From positions 158,796 to 222,795 of the IMG/VR virus record IMGVR_UViG_3300049044_000033: a DNA stretch of 64,000 nucleotides. One strand, 5' to 3'. Source of the stretch: a virus. Lineage: Duplodnaviria; Heunggongvirae; Uroviricota; Caudoviricetes. A program made the position numbers and the translations under genes. The notes beneath the pieces were generated by a model that had not been told where the DNA came from, did no database searches, and was given only the letters and a program-made list of their open reading frames with translations. The first letter of the stretch is position 1. The number at the start of each line of letters is the position of its first letter. Of this stretch, positions 60,016 to 64,000 are shown piece after piece.

Positions 60016-62607
60016 TTACTCAGGATCGGCAATCTTGATGTAATAATCTCCGTCAGTTGAAGATGCAGGAACCTTCAGAGGCAAGCGGAAATAGCCAGCT
60101 TCTGGTAAGAGTAGGACAAAATTAGCTGCTGCGCCATTTACCTGGTATCCATAGCCTGGAATATTAGAAATACCGTCAGCATCCTGACTTAGATTATATC
60201 CACAGAGAGTCCATCTAAAACCATCTTGAGAGGAATACACACTTGTAGAGCTTGATTGTATAGTAGTAACACCATTGCCATAATTTCCGTAAGCAAAGAA
60301 GAAACCATCAGCAAAGATAATATCCTTAATGGCACCGCGACCATCAAGCTTTGTTTGACTCCACGTGATACCATCTGGGCTTGTGTTAATAACCGCATAG
60401 GTAGTCGTACTTGAAATAGTAGAATCACCGCCGCCGATTACGAACTGACCATTTCCGAAAGCTATACCCTTATTTGTGTTTGTTCCCGCAGGAGTAGCAG
60501 ATGCTGTCCAAACTAGAAGATCATCACTAGAGTAAGTAGCAGTAGCCGTCATTACAACCACACGACCATTACCCTCAGCAAACCCAGTTGGCAAAGCAGG
60601 GAAAGAAACAGTGGTCCAATTTACAGAATCAGTGCTGTGAACAATAGAAGAGAGTGAGCCATTAGAAATCAGCCAACGATTGCCGGTCCACATAACGTTC
60701 CAGTTTGCAACAGTGACCTGTGATGACAGTACCTGAGTTACATATTCCCACGTGCTAGCATCGGTGCTGGTACAAATTGATCCACTAGTTGTGACAGCTA
60801 ACCAGTATGAGCCATTATAAACAATCTTAGCAACTGTCTCAGTTGATGGCATTCCATAACTAGTTGTCCAAGACAAACCATCAGGGCTGGTCGAGGTCAA
60901 GCCTGTATTACCACCTAAAACAAAAAGTCCATTGCCGTAGGCAGCACAGGTAACGTAGCCTATACCGGAGGTAGCTAGAAATTTAGCATTCCTTCCTTGT
61001 CCTTCCATGTAGACTGGAAAGGAGGATGTTGCCGTACTAACAACTGCTACCGTTTTAGAAATTCCATTCATAAAAGCAGAAGCAACCCATTTCCTGGAAG
61101 TTGCACCGGACGGATTTGCTGTATGGAGCCAAAAGATGTTAGATCCAGAATCTGCCGTCAGCGCAATAGAAGTAGAAGTGCTAACACCAGAATACAACCA
61201 TACTAGAGAATTTGTAGAATCTAACAATATCTTATAAAAAGATGGTTTCCCGGAACCTATTAGATATGATTGCTTTGCCGTAAAAGTTGTTGATCCTGCA
61301 GGAGCAAAGCTTATTGAACTACCATTATTAGTGTAATCATTCACAAAATAGGTACCAGAAGCATCAGCTGCTACGTTAACCTGGCCACCTGCAGCAGACG
61401 ATAGTCCCGAAACGACAGCCGTTTGTGCTGTCCAAGTGATACCATCAGAGCTATATGCGGTTTGACCACCGGTACATCCAACGTAGAATCTACTAACCGA
61501 TGGGGACCAGGCGAGACCGTATGTGCCAACTGAAGCAATCGGAGTCCTATTAGTCCAAGTAATACCATCAGGTGAAGTTTGAACACCTGGCACGGTTGCG
61601 CTCAATGTGCCATTGGCAACAATCATTGAACCATTTTCGGCTACGTTCTTGATCGCAAAGCTAGTTGTGGTAGCTGTTACCCTAGCCGTCCAAGTTGTAC
61701 CATCAGAACTAGTAGCCACTAAACCAGTAGGACCAAACAGAATATACAGACCAAGTCTAGAGCTAAAGTAGGAATAGCTGAGGGAGGCATAAGCAATGGC
61801 GGTAGTTGAGAACGGTGTCCAATTTATACCATCAGTAGAAGTAGCACCAGTACAGGGAGCCGTCGTACCATACCAAGCAATAAACCTACCATTTGAATAG
61901 TTCATATTGCTACTTGTATTAGATACGATTTGAGCAGGGAAACTATTTGCTGTGGTAGTCCAAGTCAAACCATCTGTAGAAGAATATGTTGTACCGGAGG
62001 AGAATATAAAGAACTTACCAGCATGGCGGAAAATCTTCTGTGTGATTCCTATTGTTACCGCGGCACCAGTTAGCGTTACTGTGGATGAGGTTTCCCCTGC
62101 ATTATTAGTATGCCAGATAATAGCCCCGTTAAAAAGAGCAATGGTATTTGTGCCATCAGTCGCCATATCATACAAAGTGCTAGAAGTTCCACTAACTGTA
62201 GAATAGGTAAAAGGCGACGCACCGACACCCATTAAGTTATAGCGGTCACCGATGACACTATAGAGATCTGCGTATTCAGTTGTGCTTAGAGCCGTACCAT
62301 CGGCTTTGTGGAATTCTGCAGGGTCTTGAGCTGCATAGCTCATCTTCATATCACCAATAGCCATTGGTTCTCCTTCGCCACCTGGACCGGAGGCATTTAG
62401 TAATTCTTGGATTATGTCTTTGAGTTTGCTTTCGCTGACGTTTGATAGGTCGGCCAGTGCGAGTGGGTTACCGCCCATTGTTGAGCCATCATGAACGCGA
62501 AGCGTTTTCACAGTGGTATCGACGGTAACTTCGCCTTCTGGTCCCATAAACAGGTCATTGTCGAGGGTAGAACCTCGACGCATTCTAACTTGTTTTGCGG
62601 TAGGCAT
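60016..62607 (-). CDS. Tail fibre / receptor-binding protein with split collar domain and beta-propeller-like repeats
   Basis: N-terminal RRGST...EGEVTVDT; collar IGDMK...ADGTALSTTEYADLYSVIG, with YFRLP at the C-terminus; many S-x-DG-x-x-W repeats. Confidence 0.8.
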   Translation of the reverse strand: MPTAKQVRMRRGSTLDNDLFMGPEGEVTVDTTVKTLRVHDGSTMGGNPLALADLSNVSESKLKDIIQELLNASGPGGEGEPMAIGDMKMSYAAQDPAEFHKADGTALSTTEYADLYSVIGDRYNLMGVGASPFTYSTVSGTSSTLYDMATDGTNTIALFNGAIIWHTNNAGETSSTVTLTGAAVTIGITQKIFRHAGKFFIFSSGTTYSSTDGLTWTTTANSFPAQIVSNTSSNMNYSNGRFIAWYGTTAPCTGATSTDGINWTPFSTTAIAYASLSYSYFSSRLGLYILFGPTGLVATSSDGTTWTARVTATTTSFAIKNVAENGSMIVANGTLSATVPGVQTSPDGITWTNRTPIASVGTYGLAWSPSVSRFYVGCTGGQTAYSSDGITWTAQTAVVSGLSSAAGGQVNVAADASGTYFVNDYTNNGSSISFAPAGSTTFTAKQSYLIGSGKPSFYKILLDSTNSLVWLYSGVSTSTSIALTADSGSNIFWLHTANPSGATSRKWVASAFMNGISKTVAVVSTATSSFPVYMEGQGRNAKFLATSGIGYVTCAAYGNGLFVLGGNTGLTSTSPDGLSWTTSYGMPSTETVAKIVYNGSYWLAVTTSGSICTSTDASTWEYVTQVLSSQVTVANWNVMWTGNRWLISNGSLSSIVHSTDSVNWTTVSFPALPTGFAEGNGRVVVMTATATYSSDDLLVWTASATPAGTNTNKGIAFGNGQFVIGGGDSTISSTTTYAVINTSPDGITWSQTKLDGRGAIKDIIFADGFFFAYGNYGNGVTTIQSSSTSVYSSQDGFRWTLCGYNLSQDADGISNIPGYGYQVNGAAANFVLLLPEAGYFRLPLKVPASSTDGDYYIKIADPE

Positions 62608-62618
62608 GGATTACTCCC

Positions 62619-62804
62619 TTAGGTTATCGTGGGTGCTTTTGGAAGCAGACCCCACTCTTCAGACTCTCCAACTTCGTCGGTCACGAGTCCTCGATCTTCA
62701 AAACGCTCTTCAGTCTCGGCAACTAACCACCAATCCTCAAAATTGAGCCTTCGAATCTTTATTTTACCTATAGGAGTGAATTGGCCTTTGAAATGAATAG
62801 GCAT
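62619..62804 (-). CDS. Small hypothetical protein
   Basis: EDRGLVTD...EWGLL acidic motif; between structural genes. Confidence 0.5.
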   Translation of the reverse strand: MPIHFKGQFTPIGKIKIRRLNFEDWWLVAETEERFEDRGLVTDEVGESEEWGLLPKAPTIT

Positions 62805-62879
62805 GAGTTTTCTCCCAAATAGTTCGATCTCAGGGAGGGAGAAAACTTAGGGGAGGAATCCCCTCCCCTAAATCTTATT

Positions 62880-63698
62880 TTAAGCAGTTACTTCGTAAGT
62901 GAAGACAACCTGATCTACGTTGTCTAGAGTGTAACCCAAACCAGTGAAGGTCACAACCTTAGAGGTAACATTGTAGGCGTAGACGTCCTGCTTGACCACT
63001 AGACCATTAACGTGAGCAATGATCGAAGCTGGAATAGTCTTAGTGTCTAGGGTGAAGGTCTGGCTACCATCAAACTCGCTACGAGTTTGGGTAACTGCTG
63101 AGCCGCTAGTTGCTGCCGCAATATCACCCTTAGTGGCGATTTCGAGGTCAGGATCGTTAGCATCGCTGGCGTAGTAGATCTTACCAGTGCCGCCGCCGTT
63201 TAGAAGAAGGTTACCAGAACCTTCACCACCGAAGAGAGCAAGGTCTTCATTATCGTCGGCCTGCAGGATGCCGCCACCTGCGTTACCGATCACAACATCG
63301 CCGCCGCCCTTTGGAGCAATCACGATGTCAATGTCAGTTGCCGTACCAACTGCCGCAACAGTCAAGGCACCAGCAGCACTGCTGAACTCAAAAGCTTCAT
63401 CAGCAGCAGAACCGCTCTTGAAAGTTGCGAGATCAACCGCAGCATCGCCATCAGCATTCTGAACTGCTAGCTTGACGCCAGTAGTTGCTGCCGTGACAGT
63501 GTTGAAAGTATTTTCGGACTTCAGGTTATCATTAACAGACCATGCTGGCTTGCCGTCGACAACGCGAAGGATTTGATCAGCCTTACCAGTAGCACTTAGT
63601 GATGTACCAGTGCCGCTAGCGCCACCGACGAGCAGATCACCTTCTGCGGCCAGCTTGAGCTGTTTTGCTTTTAATTGAGACATGGAAGAGTCCTCCAC
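62880..63698 (-). CDS. Putative virion structural protein
   Basis: TATAAATA upstream; Gly/Ala/Thr-rich; C-terminal VHVNGL..Y..VTF domain. Confidence 0.7.
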   Translation of the reverse strand: MEDSSMSQLKAKQLKLAAEGDLLVGGASGTGTSLSATGKADQILRVVDGKPAWSVNDNLKSENTFNTVTAATTGVKLAVQNADGDAAVDLATFKSGSAADEAFEFSSAAGALTVAAVGTATDIDIVIAPKGGGDVVIGNAGGGILQADDNEDLALFGGEGSGNLLLNGGGTGKIYYASDANDPDLEIATKGDIAAATSGSAVTQTRSEFDGSQTFTLDTKTIPASIIAHVNGLVVKQDVYAYNVTSKVVTFTGLGYTLDNVDQVVFTYEVTA

Positions 63699-63715
63699 TG
63701 TTTGAACGTTCCCTA

Positions 63716-63723
63716 TATTTATA
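63716..63723 (-). promoter_or_regulatory. T4-like late promoter TATAAATA
   Basis: Exact TATAAATA before the structural gene; (A)TAAATA also precedes ORFs at 245, 22951, 24949, 29395, 35154, 37669, 41028, 49468. Confidence 0.65.
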
Positions 63724-63788
63724 GAGAATCGGTCAAAAAGAAAAGAGGGGTGATAAAAGAACCACCCCTCTTTTCTGTCTCAAGTGAG

Positions 63789-64000
63789 TTACTTGGCTAG
63801 TTTGAATAAGCTATTGAACTGAAGAATAGCCTTACAAACTGCGTGGGCAAGACTTGATCCTTTACCCACAATATTCAACCCGGCAAGCTGGTTGTGAGTA
63901 ACTGTCACACTCCAAGTTGAATCGTCATTTGCTGAAATCTTGAACGTGCAACCATGTGCCTTATATCTTGCAACAAGATTGTGAGCAGTTGTAGTATCAG
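63789..64000 (-). CDS. Partial hypothetical protein running off the window edge
   Basis: Open frame ...HGCTFKISANDDSTWSV...SLAHAVCKAILQFNSLFKLAK*. Confidence 0.45.
   Translation of the reverse strand, partial: DTTTAHNLVARYKAHGCTFKISANDDSTWSVTVTHNQLAGLNIVGKGSSLAHAVCKAILQFNSLFKLAK

Noticed and set aside
1..64000. CRISPR array
   Set aside because: No run of identical direct repeats with unique spacers; the 6088-6586 array and the clamp elements have variable stems and are not CRISPR-like
1..64000. Full-length or two-piece tmRNA
   Set aside because: No tag reading frame (ANDN..-type) linked to a tRNA-like domain was found; only the 93-nt mini RNA at 22963
1..64000. Genome-wide TAG reassignment
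   Set aside because: Recognisable proteins are full length under code 11 and several end in TAG

Overview
The window looks like part of a large (jumbo/huge) dsDNA phage genome, almost all on the minus strand. The host is probably an alphaproteobacterium, most likely Sphingomonadales (inferred from the Sphingomonas-style PEP-CTERM gene and G-1/C73 tRNA-His). It holds host-interaction genes (seryl-tRNA synthetase, GT4, GH16, YccA/BI-1, ClpS, NUDIX, HD hydrolase, ADP-ribosylglycohydrolase, a DUF1190-GspS-DUF350 module, an orphan Xre/MbcA-type antitoxin), several free-standing endonucleases and a tail-fibre gene. A large RNA region (about 10.5-33 kb) carries about 57 recognisable tRNAs including a CUA amber suppressor, an RNase P RNA and many atypical tRNA-like RNAs. 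Main result: seven tRNA genes are circularly permuted (3' half, short spacer, 5' half). Each is enclosed by the same two-part structured RNA clamp: leader ...GRGC-CG-AW...GGGUUAUC and trailer ...YCC...ACUU-GCYC. The clamp also occurs three times around short non-tRNA inserts. This suggests an undescribed RNA back-splicing/circularisation system. Other notable items: a stand-alone mimic of the 23S rRNA L11-binding domain, a ~0.9 kb promoter-driven structured ncRNA, a 4-unit array of structurally conserved hairpins, and Ser tRNAs with a T53-A61 signature beside a phage SerRS. All calls come from reading the sequence by eye; no searches or folding programs were run, and coordinates may be off by a few nt.
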